Shown one piece after another: positions 30,930 through 42,954 of a stretch of DNA of 64,000 nucleotides (position 1 is the stretch's first letter; every line of letters starts with the position of its first letter). Below the pieces are notes generated by a model. The model was not told the DNA's origin and ran no database searches. It was given only the letters and a program-made list of their open reading frames with translations. The stretch comes from Takakia lepidozioides. Lineage: Eukaryota > Plantae > Bryophyta. A program made the translations under genes and the position numbers. The stretch spans positions 86,242,001 to 86,306,000 of the forward strand of contig CM060731.1 of NCBI GenBank assembly GCA_030704615.1, in the 5' to 3' direction.

Positions 30930-31915
30930 CATAGCCAAGCTGATAATCCAGGTCAAGCAATTGAGATCCATTGCTTGCCCCAACACCTGACGACGTGATG
31001 CCTCAGAAAGAGATGGCAGCGCCGTGGTACCAGTGGTAAAACCCATCGCCCACTCGCGCTCGTCAACATTGGGCTCCACTAACTGCTGCAACTGGCTATC
31101 CCACAAGAGGCCAGGTCCACCATCCCAGAAAGCATGAGATCCTGGAAAGCTGAGCAGTGTAGGCAATGCTGCTTGTGGGTGACCTACCTTATTGACCACT
31201 GCCAAAGGTGACCGGTCATCGTGTCTCACACGATGAGACTGCCTCCCTATGTCCAAAATGCTATCCACCGTGAGGTTTGGTGGCCGCTGCACCCCATCAA
31301 ATGCACGCTTGAGCAGTGCAGGTGGCATCAAGTTGGTCCACCATAGTTGTGGGCGATGAGCCCATGACCCCACTGTAGCTGCATCCAGCAACACTGCTAA
31401 CCCAAGCCAAGACCGCTCCCGATGCACATTGGCCATCACCTTGGCCCGAGAATCACCCATCAATGGCACATTCTCCAAGATATATGCCGGAGAGTCTGTC
31501 TGCTGAAACTGTAAATAGCGCAGGATCCTCAACATCTCCCAAAACGGGCGTGACCTTGAGTCTTGTAACCCATTGCCATGCCCGGCTGATGAATGCCCTT
31601 GGCAGGGCCAACTTGCCACTACCAAGTGAATAGGGCCAACCCGCTCCAAATCATGCGCCCCCAGCAAAGAGATGTCTGCTGGCAAGGCTTGTTGGTATCC
31701 ACGAACTGCAGACACTGGCAACAAATCAGGGTACTGCTGCACCAACTGAGCAACATGGCACAGTGAGATGCGTCGTGCAGTCTCATCCCTCTCTACATAC
31801 ATGTAACATCAAACTCGTACACATGCCTGCAGCACTGCAGCACTGCAGCACTGCAGCCAATCCATTGTTGATCCCGTCAAACAAGTCCAGAAGGCATATG
31901 CCTTCATCCGGGCAC
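30930..31915 (-). pseudogene. DNMT3-like C5-cytosine DNA methyltransferase domain within the polyprotein
   Basis: Motif I LLDLFDGI (alternative frame, 31870-31893), II YVERD, IV SWPCQGHS, VI YILENV, VIII AHRPQLWWTNL, IX EREWAMGF, X RRQVLGQAMD, in canonical order. Confidence 0.9.
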
Positions 31916-32267
31916 TGCCACACAGAGTGTGGGTGTCCAATGGCAACAACTGAGGTGGTCCTAGTGCAATCACCGCACTTTCCTCCTCTCCTGATAGTAC
32001 AAAGGCCTCTACCCAGGCTTGTTGCACCCGTCTATCAGTCTGCTGCAAATCCTTGCTCGTATCCCACAATGGAGTGTGAGCAACCATGGCAGGCAACTCC
32101 GCCGTACCATGCATGTCATCCTGATCTGCTGGAGGTGGCACATCCTCTGCATGGGCATTGCCCTCCAGTAACTCTCCAGGCCAACTAACTGCAGCTGTGA
32201 AGGTTGCTAGTGTTGGCATCTTGCCCCGCTGGGCAGTAGCAACACCCCCAATGAACGTCATAGGGAG

Positions 32268-33053
32268 CTATACACGACGACCATCCCCTGACTGCCATCC
32301 AGGCCTGTAGGATGCTGACTCCTCCCAAAAATCCAGGGTGAAGCCCATGGGATACAACACTGCCCCACGAACGAGGACATCGTAAGAGACCGCGTCTGTC
32401 ACAATGGCCTTGGCTCGCATCACTGAGCCATCTATAAGATGATCCAGCTGTAGTCTAATGGCCAACTCATGCCGTGTCATGCCCCGAGTCTGCTCTGATC
32501 CTCCCAGAGATGTCTGTATCTGGAAAGGACAAGGCTCCATATCCGCCTCCATGAGGCCCAAACCTGCAATAGCAGCTCTGCCCAACATCAGTGGCTGAGC
32601 TCCCGAGTCCAACAAGACCCGCAGTGGCCGGTATCTCTTGCCTGCCGGTCCACTCAAAGAGAAAATGTCATCCTGGTTGTCTAACAAGACAACTTCAGGT
32701 GTCACCATGGCGCGCTCAAAGGCTGGCCTAGCTGGCAGCTCTGTCAACCTGACAGCTGCAGCTTGCCATGGCGCAGCCGTGGCAGTCTTGACCCTCAAAT
32801 CCGAGAATCCCTCTGCCACTACACCTTCCACTAACTCCGCAAAAGATGAAGTGACCTCCCCACTCTCACAGAGTGTTGTTGCTAGTCTGAACACTGCAGC
32901 CGGTCTTACCCCTAGCGTCGCAATCATGGTTGCCGAGAACAGTGGGGCTTGACACACAGAGGTGGCCGCCCCCAACAACACATTGGCTGCACTAGCCTTG
33001 GCAGCAGGTGTCAGAGCTGCACGTGTAGTTCTCCCCAATGGCACAATAACGGC
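32268..33053 (-). pseudogene. Retroviral-type aspartic protease region
   Basis: RVLLDSGAQPLMLG active-site motif and YDVL..G; the frame joins 38452-38694 once CACTA 2 is removed (...DTEVEA|VIVPLGRTT...). Confidence 0.88.
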
Positions 33054-36000
33054 CACTAGAAGAATAACCACTGGCCCCCGTAACCACTCTTGTCTTTTAT
33101 CACTCTATAAATCACTCCAAGTAATGGTAACCACTGGTCAGTGGTTAATTCCGATAAAATGCCACGGTGGCATCATATGGAGTGGTTGGAAGTGGTTTCA
33201 ACCACTGAGTAATCCACGTGTAATATTTAATTTTATATTTATTATTTGACATTTGGTCAAATATTTATATTAATAATGATAACATCCGACATGGACGGGT
33301 GCAGTGATAAATTATGAGTGGTTAAAGACACCTCAGTGATGGGAAGTGGTTGAAACCACTTTCTACTCCACGTGTAATATTTTTTTTTAGATTTTTATCA
33401 TTTCAAAATATATTATTCCACGTGGACGAGGATAGTATGCGTAGATCATGAGTGGTTAAAGACCCCCCAGTGATTGGTACCACTTGCACAGTGGTGGAAT
33501 GTGAGTGGTTAAGACCCTTTTGTAACTGGAACCACTCTACAAGTGGGCACTTGTGAGTGGTTACATACACGTGTTGGTACCACTTCTGTGGTGGTTTGTG
33601 AGTGGTTGAAGACACCTGAGTGACGGGGGTGATTGAAACCACTTGCTACTCCACGTGTAATAATTCAATTTTTATTTAAGATTTATCATTTCAAAATATA
33701 TTTTAATTATGAACTATATTATTCCACGTGGACGGGGACAGTATACGTAGATCTGGAGTGGTTAAAGGCCCCCATTAATGGGTACCACTTTGAGAGTGGT
33801 GTAGAGTGAGTGGTTACAGACCATTTAGTAACTGGAACCACTCGACCAGTGGTTACGCGTGAGTGATTACATACACACCAGTGATTGGTATTACTTCTGT
33901 GGTGATACATGAAAAACTTTAGTGGTTTGTGTGTTGATGGAAAACCCAAAATCCATCTATCTATCGCTACATTCATCCATCCAGTCATGAGTGAGGGGAC
34001 TTAGCGTTTTTTTTGTCTTCCCTGCCACTGTGGCATCTGTTTGTTTTCTTTGTGTTGTAGTGTGAATGCAGGGGAATGACATTGAAATTTGTGTTGTTAC
34101 TCACTGAGATTCTGCATTTCTACAAAGGAAGGGCCCTGGTACGAAAATAGGTTGAGTTGTCCCTGCAATTTATTCCATACATGTTTCTAGGTTAAATCAT
34201 GGGAACAATGGGGAACTCTTGGCCAGGATGAAAATGCTCTCAAGTACCTGCGATTTATTTCATCCACCAGATGGACGGATTTCATCCCTGATTTTCCAGA
34301 TTACTCTATGAGCGCGATGAAAGTCCGTGGCCTGGATGAAAGTCGATCAAACTCATCATCTACCTATTTTTATCCTGACGATGAACGGACTTCATCCCTG
34401 CAGGAAGTATGATGGCGGGGAAGCCCTACGGGTGCTGTGGGAAGTAGAATGGTGTGGTGTGTGCAACAGGGAGCTTGGCGCACGTGCATTGAGGTATATC
34501 GATTGAGGAGCATGGTGTGGCATGAGGTGTGGCTGACAGAGGAGGAGCAATGCTTGGAAGGGTGTGCAACTGCGATTACAGGGAAGCGGTGCCGTCTTTT
34601 GATGATCTATTTTTGAAAGATCAACTCACGAGGGAAGGACTTGCTTTGAAGAAAGGGAGTGTTGCAGGACGATTCATTAAGGGCAAGGGAGGCTTGATGC
34701 CATGTGCTACTGACACAAGGGATGGAGGCTTAGAGGCGGTGCCACCTTTGATTTAATCTCTGAAGGTGTGGGAGTTGCGGGGAAAGCAGCTCGGCGTCAT
34801 GGTGCAGCTACCAACGGAGGGGCAGCAGTACCGCCGTTGCTTTCATGACCACAATCGCAGGAGGATGGGCTTCAAGGCAGGCAGCTTGGCATCCTGTGCA
34901 ACCGCCAGATGAGGGGAACAGATCCGTTGTGTGTTTATGTTTCCTTCTTGCCAATTTCTGACGGTTGAGCTTACGGTAGAGGAACAAAGTTGGTAAATAA
35001 GTTGGTAAATGACTCGGATCACCTGTAGATAGGGTTAATGAAGGATGCATGTACAGAGTAGAGAAATATCTGAGATGCGGACTAGCTTTTGTGTTAGCAT
35101 GTGTTTTGCTTTAGGGTAGGTTGGCAGGAATGCTGGCAGATGAACACCCTGTGATTTTCCAATGATGACATCTGTAGGGAAGAAGAACCCTGGCATATAT
35201 GATGATCTGTTCACTAAAGAGACCCAATAACAATTTAGATAACCTCAGCCCTGTCCATGTCTTCTCTTCCGCTGCGACATGGATAAGGGTATAAAGTCTC
35301 TGGTCATAAATAGATTTAGAATGAATTAAGTAGGGTCTGAGTCATTTTAGAAAGAGCAAGTAGGTTGATGTCATAGGGCAGGGCCATGGATCACTGCTCA
35401 AGAAACAGTTAACTATAGTTTACCAGAAGGGTTTCATGCCCCTACTGCAGTGTGGCTTTTCCTTAATGTAGGATGTGAAGAAGTTTGTCCATCCTGCAAA
35501 TGTGGGCTTTTGGCTCCTGTTAGTACGGTATTCTTCCTGATGTTTACAAGGCAGCCCGCTGATTCATTTCCTGATTCAACCTATTTCAGCCTATTTTGCC
35601 CTCTTATCAGACTCGGGCCTGATATGCATATTGAAATCTGTAAGTTAGCTCGTTGGTGCAAGAGAGAGAGAGTCAGCTTGGTCTTAGCAGGCCATGCCAT
35701 GTTCAAAGCTGGAATTGTACCTAATGTCATTCTGAACATTGCCTGGCAGCTCTGGAAAAGGGGAAAGAGGTCGACATATTTGCAAAATGAAAGCCTTGCT
35801 TGGTGCCTGCAAAATCCATGGCAATGTGGAGATGGCTGAACGTGCGGCATGAAGGTACCTTCTTCAACACATTTCACCCTGTTTTTCCCTATTACCAGAG
35901 TAGTCCCTAAATTTTCATGTAGAATTCTGCAAGTTAGCTTGTTTGTGATGTGAGGTTGCATGAATTTTATACCGATCCTTCACGGTGGTGGGACAACCGC

Positions 36001-38451
36001 AATCACCAAGTGTGGCTTTTCTTAATGTACGATGTGAAGAAGTTCGACCATCTTGCAAAGGTGGGCTCTTCGTACGTGTGAGTACCATGATTTGGTATTC
36101 CTCCTAATGTTTACAAGGTTCTTGGGAGAGTCAGCTTGCAGGTCTTAGCAGGCCGTGTTTCAATCTCTGCTTGCTCAGCTGCACCGTGGTGGTTCTCACA
36201 GACCAATCCAACATTACCTGACTACAGACAAACATCACGCACAAGAGGTCATTTTGGGTTGATGGTCGGTCAAATCCTCCATGGGTCAAGGACAATGTGG
36301 TGAGGGCACGTTTCAGCCTGTTTTGCCCTCTCATCAGACTTGGCCCTGAGATGCATGTTGAATTCTGCATGGGTGATAAGTAGGGTTGGGTGTTTGCTGG
36401 AACAATTGTAGGCTGTCATTGTCAGCCGCTAGCAGCAAGGGAAGGATGTATGCATGATTTGTGCAGAGCTTGGATAGCTGAGGGAGCAGGGGTAGAGTCG
36501 GGCCGGTCCAGATTCATCCAAGAGGGCGGGACTTCAAGCTCACGATTACCTATAATTCCCTGTGGATCAATAGCTGCAAGAAACCTGCATGGGTAGATGG
36601 TCAACTGGAAGCCGCAGCAGCAACGACACAATTGATAAAATGAAGCACTGCTAATGAAGGCACCTTCTTCAACACACTTTTATCCTGTTTTTCCCTCTTA
36701 TCAGAATTGACCCTAAATTTTCATGTTGAATTTTGCAAGTTAACTGGTTGAGTGAACCTTTGATAGTTTGGAGTGACTTTGACATGGTACTGCCAATGTG
36801 ACAACATGGAAATATCCAGTTCTAAACAGATAACAGCTGAGACGAGGAGAAGCTGTGGAATGAATACTTTTTCTGACCCCAGTCAATGGTGCGACAATCG
36901 AGGCAAAAAGGTGAAATGCCTGTTGGATTACAGAGAGTAGCAGATGCAATTGACCATAGTGATAAGTTGAGTTGGGTGTTCCCTAGAACAAATCTAGGCT
37001 GTCATTGTCAGCTGTTAGCAGCAAGGCAAGGATGTATGCATGATTTGTGCGGCGGCATGGATAGCTGAAGGAGTAGGGATAGAGTCTGGGTCCAGATTCA
37101 TCCAAGAAGGCCAGACTTCAAGCTCCAAATTACCTATGATTCCATGTGGATCAACAGCTACAAGTCAACTAAAGGTAGCAGCTGCAGTGGCACAGTTGAT
37201 AAAATCAGGCACCTCAACCATGACCGCAGCTTCTGAAAGAGGATCAAGAGAGGCCAGATGTCATTATGAACATTCCCCTGGTGTACATCTACATCAAATG
37301 TGAGCTTGGCAGCCCTGGCCAGAGAAGAACATGAAGAGGGCTTACAATTTCGTTCACTCGGGCGTAGACGTTGCGCAATGAGAAGAAGGTAGGAAAGCAG
37401 TTCAGTGTTCCTAGCATGCATGCGGAGACGTTGTGTAGAAGTTAGGCTCAGACTTTTATCATGGCTGGATTTTGTTGACAGTGTTCCAGCACTTACTCTC
37501 AGGGATTTTATCTTATTTTGTAGAGCTTGAATCCCCAATGATATTTCTTTCGCTACAATAGTGGTATGTGTTCATCTAGTCATGTTCCTAGTCACTTGCA
37601 CGCCAATGTAATAGTGGTATAATTTAAAACTGTAAGAGTAGCCAAATACACACAATTGCCTCCATTACCACTCCTGTAGTGGAAGACGTAATCACCTATA
37701 TATTACTGTATTAGTGGTATGAATTCCTCCAGTGATATTCTTAATCACTTACACACCACTCTGTTAGTAATCATTCCAATCCATAGGTCCCACTCAGAGA
37801 GACACCATGGATGATTCAAACAGCTTACATACCACCTATGTGGGTAATCATTCCAATGACCTGCTAAGAGACGTCATCCACTCACATAACCACGGTTTGA
37901 GTGATATTGTATATTCTCAGTTTTCATAGAATGACTCTGTGAGTCATTTCGCGATCACTCAACAAGTGGTTTCGGAAGTCATTGAATTTTTCACTCCATC
38001 CATTTTGTAGCACCGACACATGACACGTGTCCATGCTGAGAGTGTCGCCACATGTCAACATAATATCCAATATCATCCACGGACCACCGACTTCCACGTG
38101 TCCACTAGAAAACGGAAGTGGTTACTTTATTACTATGACACGTCAATTTACCACTGTGACACATCAGAAGTGGTTGGTTTACCTCAGTGACACATCATTG
38201 ACACGTCACATTGGTGAGTTTACACGTCACAGTGGTTAATTTACCACTGTGACATGTCAGCGAACAGGTGGACCCGGACGTGAGTGGTTCGAACCACTGT
38301 CCTTAACCACTAATGCCACGTAATGTCTTTTACCACTCACTTGTCCTAATCCACTGGTTCTTCATCACTCTAGGGCCAGAGTGGTTTAGTGTCTTTTACC
38401 ACTCAAAATGAGTGGTTAACAGAGTGGTTATTCTGCGTTTTTCTTCTAGTA
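33054..38451. mobile_element. Non-autonomous CACTA element 2 inserted in the retroelement polyprotein
   Basis: Left CACTAGAAGAATAACCACT; right ...GGTTATTCTGCGTTTTTCTTCTAGTA (terminal G>A); TSD GGC (33051-33053, 38452-38454); dense AACCACT/AGTGGTT subterminal repeats. Confidence 0.93.
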
Positions 38452-38454
38452 GGC

Positions 38455-40244
38455 CTCTACTTCGGTATCCGTCAGGCGAGAACTAGGTGCCATGGATGTC
38501 GTCGACACTATCTCTGCCAAGATGAATGATTGAGGCAACCTAGCCTGACGGCTTGCCTCCCCACGCTGTGGATCCAACTCCACCTCTGCACCTCGGGGCT
38601 CAGGAACTCGTGCTGCTCTTTGAGTGATGGCTGCAGCAGACTCCACCTGCACTAGTGGTAGTGCTGCCCTACACATAAATCCCATGTCTCCCATGTCTCC
38701 TCCGTCAGGATGACGTTGCTAAGGAGGAACAGGAGGTGGACCCTCATGTCTTGGAGCTGGTACCACCTGAGCTGTGGCCATGGCAGCAAGCCTTTGCTCT
38801 AGCTGCTGAAGCTGGTTGGCCATGTCTTGGTCAACGCCCTGACCTCCACGTCCTTGGCCATATTGTGCTTGCCCTCGTCCTCTCTGAGGTGCTCCACCTC
38901 GCCCTCGGCCATCATTGTTCCCTTGGAACTGGCCTCGCCGCAACTCAAGGTGCAAGTCATAACACTGGGCATCTACATGCCCATACTTGCCACAATGCCC
39001 ACACTGCAACTGTGCAGGCTGTGCTTGTGCCGACCCTTTGCTACTCTCTGGGCAATCTTTCTTGACATGGGATCCTCCACATGTCCAACATACCACCCTT
39101 GGTTGCTGTTGGCCTGCAAAAGAAGCTATTGGCCTCTGCACCTGAGGTCCCCAGTAAGCTCCATGGAATTTGGGTTGGGCAGCCTTGCCCCCCTGACCAC
39201 ACTGTTGGGCAGTCCCTTGTGCCTGTTGGCTGGCAGCTGCGCCTCGTGCAAGCATGTCCTTGCCAAATCCAATGGTAACAACTCGCTCCTCCACCATGTT
39301 GAGCTAAATCCGCTCAGCTAGCAGAAACACATCTGCTAATGTGGGTTGGGCCGCTTGTAACAGGGTTGCATCCCGCATCTTTCTCCTGATCTCCTTGTCC
39401 AAAATTCCATACCAGAACTGGACTGCCCGAGCTTCAATAACCCCTTGGATCATACTTATCAAGCGCCTCATACGAGTGTAGGCTCTCGCAAGCTCTCACT
39501 GGATTTGCGTTGGAAGTCTTGCAAACTTCGCAGCTTCTCTGTCCATACGCCTTAGTAGTTCCTCCGCAACTCCTGGAAGAACTCCACCGCCGGGTTGAAT
39601 CTAGGCACATGTGTTGTAGTCGTGGCAGGAGGAGTAGTAGCACCTTTAGAACTGGTACCACCTGCAGAAGTACCGACACTACTTGTTCCACTACTAGTGC
39701 TGGCAGTGGGAGATATTGGTGCTGATGCAGCTACTGGTCGTGTCGTGCATCAAGTAATGGAGATGTAGTCAGGTGACCAATACATCCTCCACTCCTCAAT
39801 CTCTGCTTCATGTCCTCGCCTGAACTTGTGGTAATCGTCCATACGCGGGCCTTCCAAATGTTGGAACAGTCCCTTCCACGCCATGAATGGGGTGAATAGC
39901 TATGGATTGCGCATCTGCCGTAAATCACACCAGCTGTCGAACTCCTGGATAAAGTCATCTAGCTCGATTGTGCCCACAGCTCCAGAGTACCTACGAGGCC
40001 CCTTGGTAGCTCCATACTTCTCCTCCATATCGTCCCACAACAATGGCGAAGGAAACTGCACACTTGTTGATGAAGCCTCCGAGTCTGTGTCAGACTCTGC
40101 ACTGGTTGAGGGTGGAGGTGAAGGTGGTCTGAACCGAACACCGCGTCTTGTGAACCCACTCTCACTGCTACTGCCTGTAGCCAAACTCCCCTCAAAACCC
40201 TTGGGTAACTCCGTGATGACACTCACAACCCACACCTCCCCCAC
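38455..40244 (-). pseudogene. Gag with two zinc knuckles
   Basis: YSGAVGTIELDDFIQEFDSWC, LRSLQDFQRKSSESLRE, knuckles CWTCGGSHVKKDC and CGHCGKYGHVDAQC, GRG-rich tail; several stops and frameshifts. Confidence 0.85.
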
Positions 40245-42813
40245 GTGACACTATAAGGCTCTAGTACTAATTCTAATAGTGACACGGGTGGGCACCTGTT
40301 GTGGTTTAAGGGTTATATCCCAGTGGCTAAGAACACCGCAAGAACTCTTATGGTTGGCTGGTCATCAACCTAGCCTCACCATAGAAGAAATACTGGTGGT
40401 CTTGCTGGTCATCACTCCAGCCTCACCACCGACAGCATACTCTAGGATTGACCGATGATCAAATCCGGCCTAATCCCGATGAAAGCAAACGCCCACACAA
40501 AACCAACATGGCGCACAGTCAAGCATGCAGGTGTGGGGGGGATCCAAACACAAGAAACCAAAACATCAACACCCCCACACCAAATTCCCTCCGTAGTGCT
40601 GCTCTTGCACAATATCCCACAGCCCAAAAACCTGGATTGACTCTTGCCTCCACCTATGTAAAGTCTTTGGCCTACCGAGAGGGCGGAAAGCTATGGGAAA
40701 GAGAGACTAAAGCAATTCCTAACCCCAGCATGCCCTCATCCCGACACTCTTTATTTCCTCTCTAGCCATACACTAATGTCAAAAAGTGACAGGTGTGTTA
40801 CAAACAGACAGCTAAGTGATCATCCCTGACTTGAAACAACTTCTTCAATAGACCTCAAATAGATGTGGGGAGGATCTAATTTACATTAGAAAAATTCTAT
40901 AGATTTTTGGTCAAGTCCATTTTCTGGTCTAGGTAGACGCATTTCCACATTCTGTAGGTCCCTGCGCAAGTTTTGGGTCAAACGGCCTTGGTATGCCCAA
41001 ACATGCTCTATGTAATTTAAATTAGATCAAAGAACGAATTTCTTTAATTTTTCACACCCAAAACATTCTCGACATTAAAAGCTGCTCCCAGGTTATCTAC
41101 GGGTTCCCCTGAGGAACCCGAGTTCCTGCAGGTTCCCCTTGTTCATTGTGAATTTTTCAAATACTGCATAGCGGCTCCCCAGTCAATCTTGCTATCTCCA
41201 TTTGCGATTATACCCGTTCCACTATGAGGGCCTGGAAGATTCATGAGCATAGGCCTTAGAGTAAACAAAACACCACAAACTTTCGACACTGCCTTCAGAC
41301 GCTCAACCAAGAGCATATACGAGAGTGGCTGCCATCTTACATGGGCAATAGCATGAAGCATGGCCCACGGACCTGCAGCTCTTGAGTCTTCAAAATGAAG
41401 TAGGCGGCTCCTTAATAGCGTCACTGCAATGCAAATAGGCAGACAACACAAGGTCCCCGCAAGACAAGCTGGTTCTTGCACGAAGCGATTAGGAGGTGAT
41501 GTATGAGCAGCCCTTTATCACATTTCTCCTCCACCGCAGCAAGGTCTTACCTGCATACAGGTACTTCTTGGTTGACTAGGTTAATGGCCTGATCCGTGCA
41601 TGCTCGATCTCAGCTGACACAAGGAAGCCAGGTTCACCACACCTTCCAGCACCTTCATTCGTTAATCCGTGCTCTGAAATTGCTACATTCAGCAATCTAA
41701 ACACAATCGTTCAGTTCAGCTTTTGTCCGAGTTGGCTTTTCATTTCACCACCACGATCTGATCACTCCGTCCGTCCTGTCAACATTCCTTAATTTACATA
41801 TCGATTTTGCTTGTTCTACTGTCAAGCTCCAGGAAATAATTTGCCAAGCTCGTGGCTTTCCCACCAATTGTTCCTCCAAGACCAAGAAGATCATACGTCA
41901 CCGTTGCAGCCACTTGACAGACCACCTTCTTGCTACATTCATGCCCGCATAAACGAAAATGATCACCTGGCAATGTAACTATGTAGCTTATTACTTAGTT
42001 ACTGTCGAACTTATGACGGCCAGCCAGCCAAAGCAACGAGCTCCCCCCTACTCTGATGTGCCGAGGATCTTCACCTAATCCTCCTTTACACTCCCAGGGC
42101 AAGACAAGATGGGCTAGTCCATGGCCTGGCTCCCTCCGCTTCTATTAATGCATGCCTTCCTGCGGCCACCTAACCACCAATGATTAATTTGATGGTCTGT
42201 CAAGCTCTGGCTTTACCGGCGGCTTTCTTGAAGGGATAAACAAGCTCCTTGTTTACGGGCAAACAGTGGCTCACTTTGCGAAATTTTTGTCCAGTCTAAA
42301 CTAGTCTACTTTCATTTATATCTTTTTTCATAGGAACTTTAAATTAGGTGTTTCAATTTATTTTTGTTGTCAACTCAATTTGAGATCACCCAAAAATTGG
42401 TTTCCAAACAAAGCTGTTGTGATTTGAAGATGAAAAATGAGAGTAAGATTAGAGTAGACTGGACAAAAGTGAGCCACTGTAGCATGCTTCTGCCCTTACA
42501 CCTCCCTTCACAAGCTGGCCTCGGCAGCCTAGCAAATGTTGGTTATTCTCCGACTACCCCAACAACTATTCATTTGTTATTGGCTCCTTCAAGCAGGTTC
42601 CGGGCACTTCAATCCAGTTGCACCATGGCTCCCTTGCGATAACCCCTTCCATGCGTACCTTTGCTGGAGCCATTGTCATCTCTCAAACTATAGACTTGGA
42701 TCTTTTCATACTAGGACCAGCTCTCTCAGTCTATGATCATGTTTTAGCACTACAAACAAAAACAAAACAACAGTGCTAAAACTCTCACTCACATCCTGCA
42801 CTAAAGACATGAG

Positions 42814-42954
42814 TCATCTCTCTCGAGTGATTAATAAAAACTAGCCACCATCACTCATGCATTACGAGTCAAGCCAAGCACACCCCAAAAACTATGGGGA
42901 ATCTGCACTACGCGCGCCATAGCCGACGCGGGAGGCTCAACTCGAGAGAGATGA
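42814..42954 (-). promoter_or_regulatory. Putative self-priming primer-binding site abutting the 5' repeat
   Basis: TCATCTCTCTCGAG (42814-42827) lies directly next to repeat X and is the exact reverse complement of CTCGAGAGAGATGA (42941-42954) inside X; no TGG-type tRNA PBS. Confidence 0.7.

Noticed and set aside
30633-31802. Host DNMT3/DRM gene or bacterial methylase contamination
   Set aside because: Intronless, in frame between protease and integrase, and inside TSD-bounded element ends.
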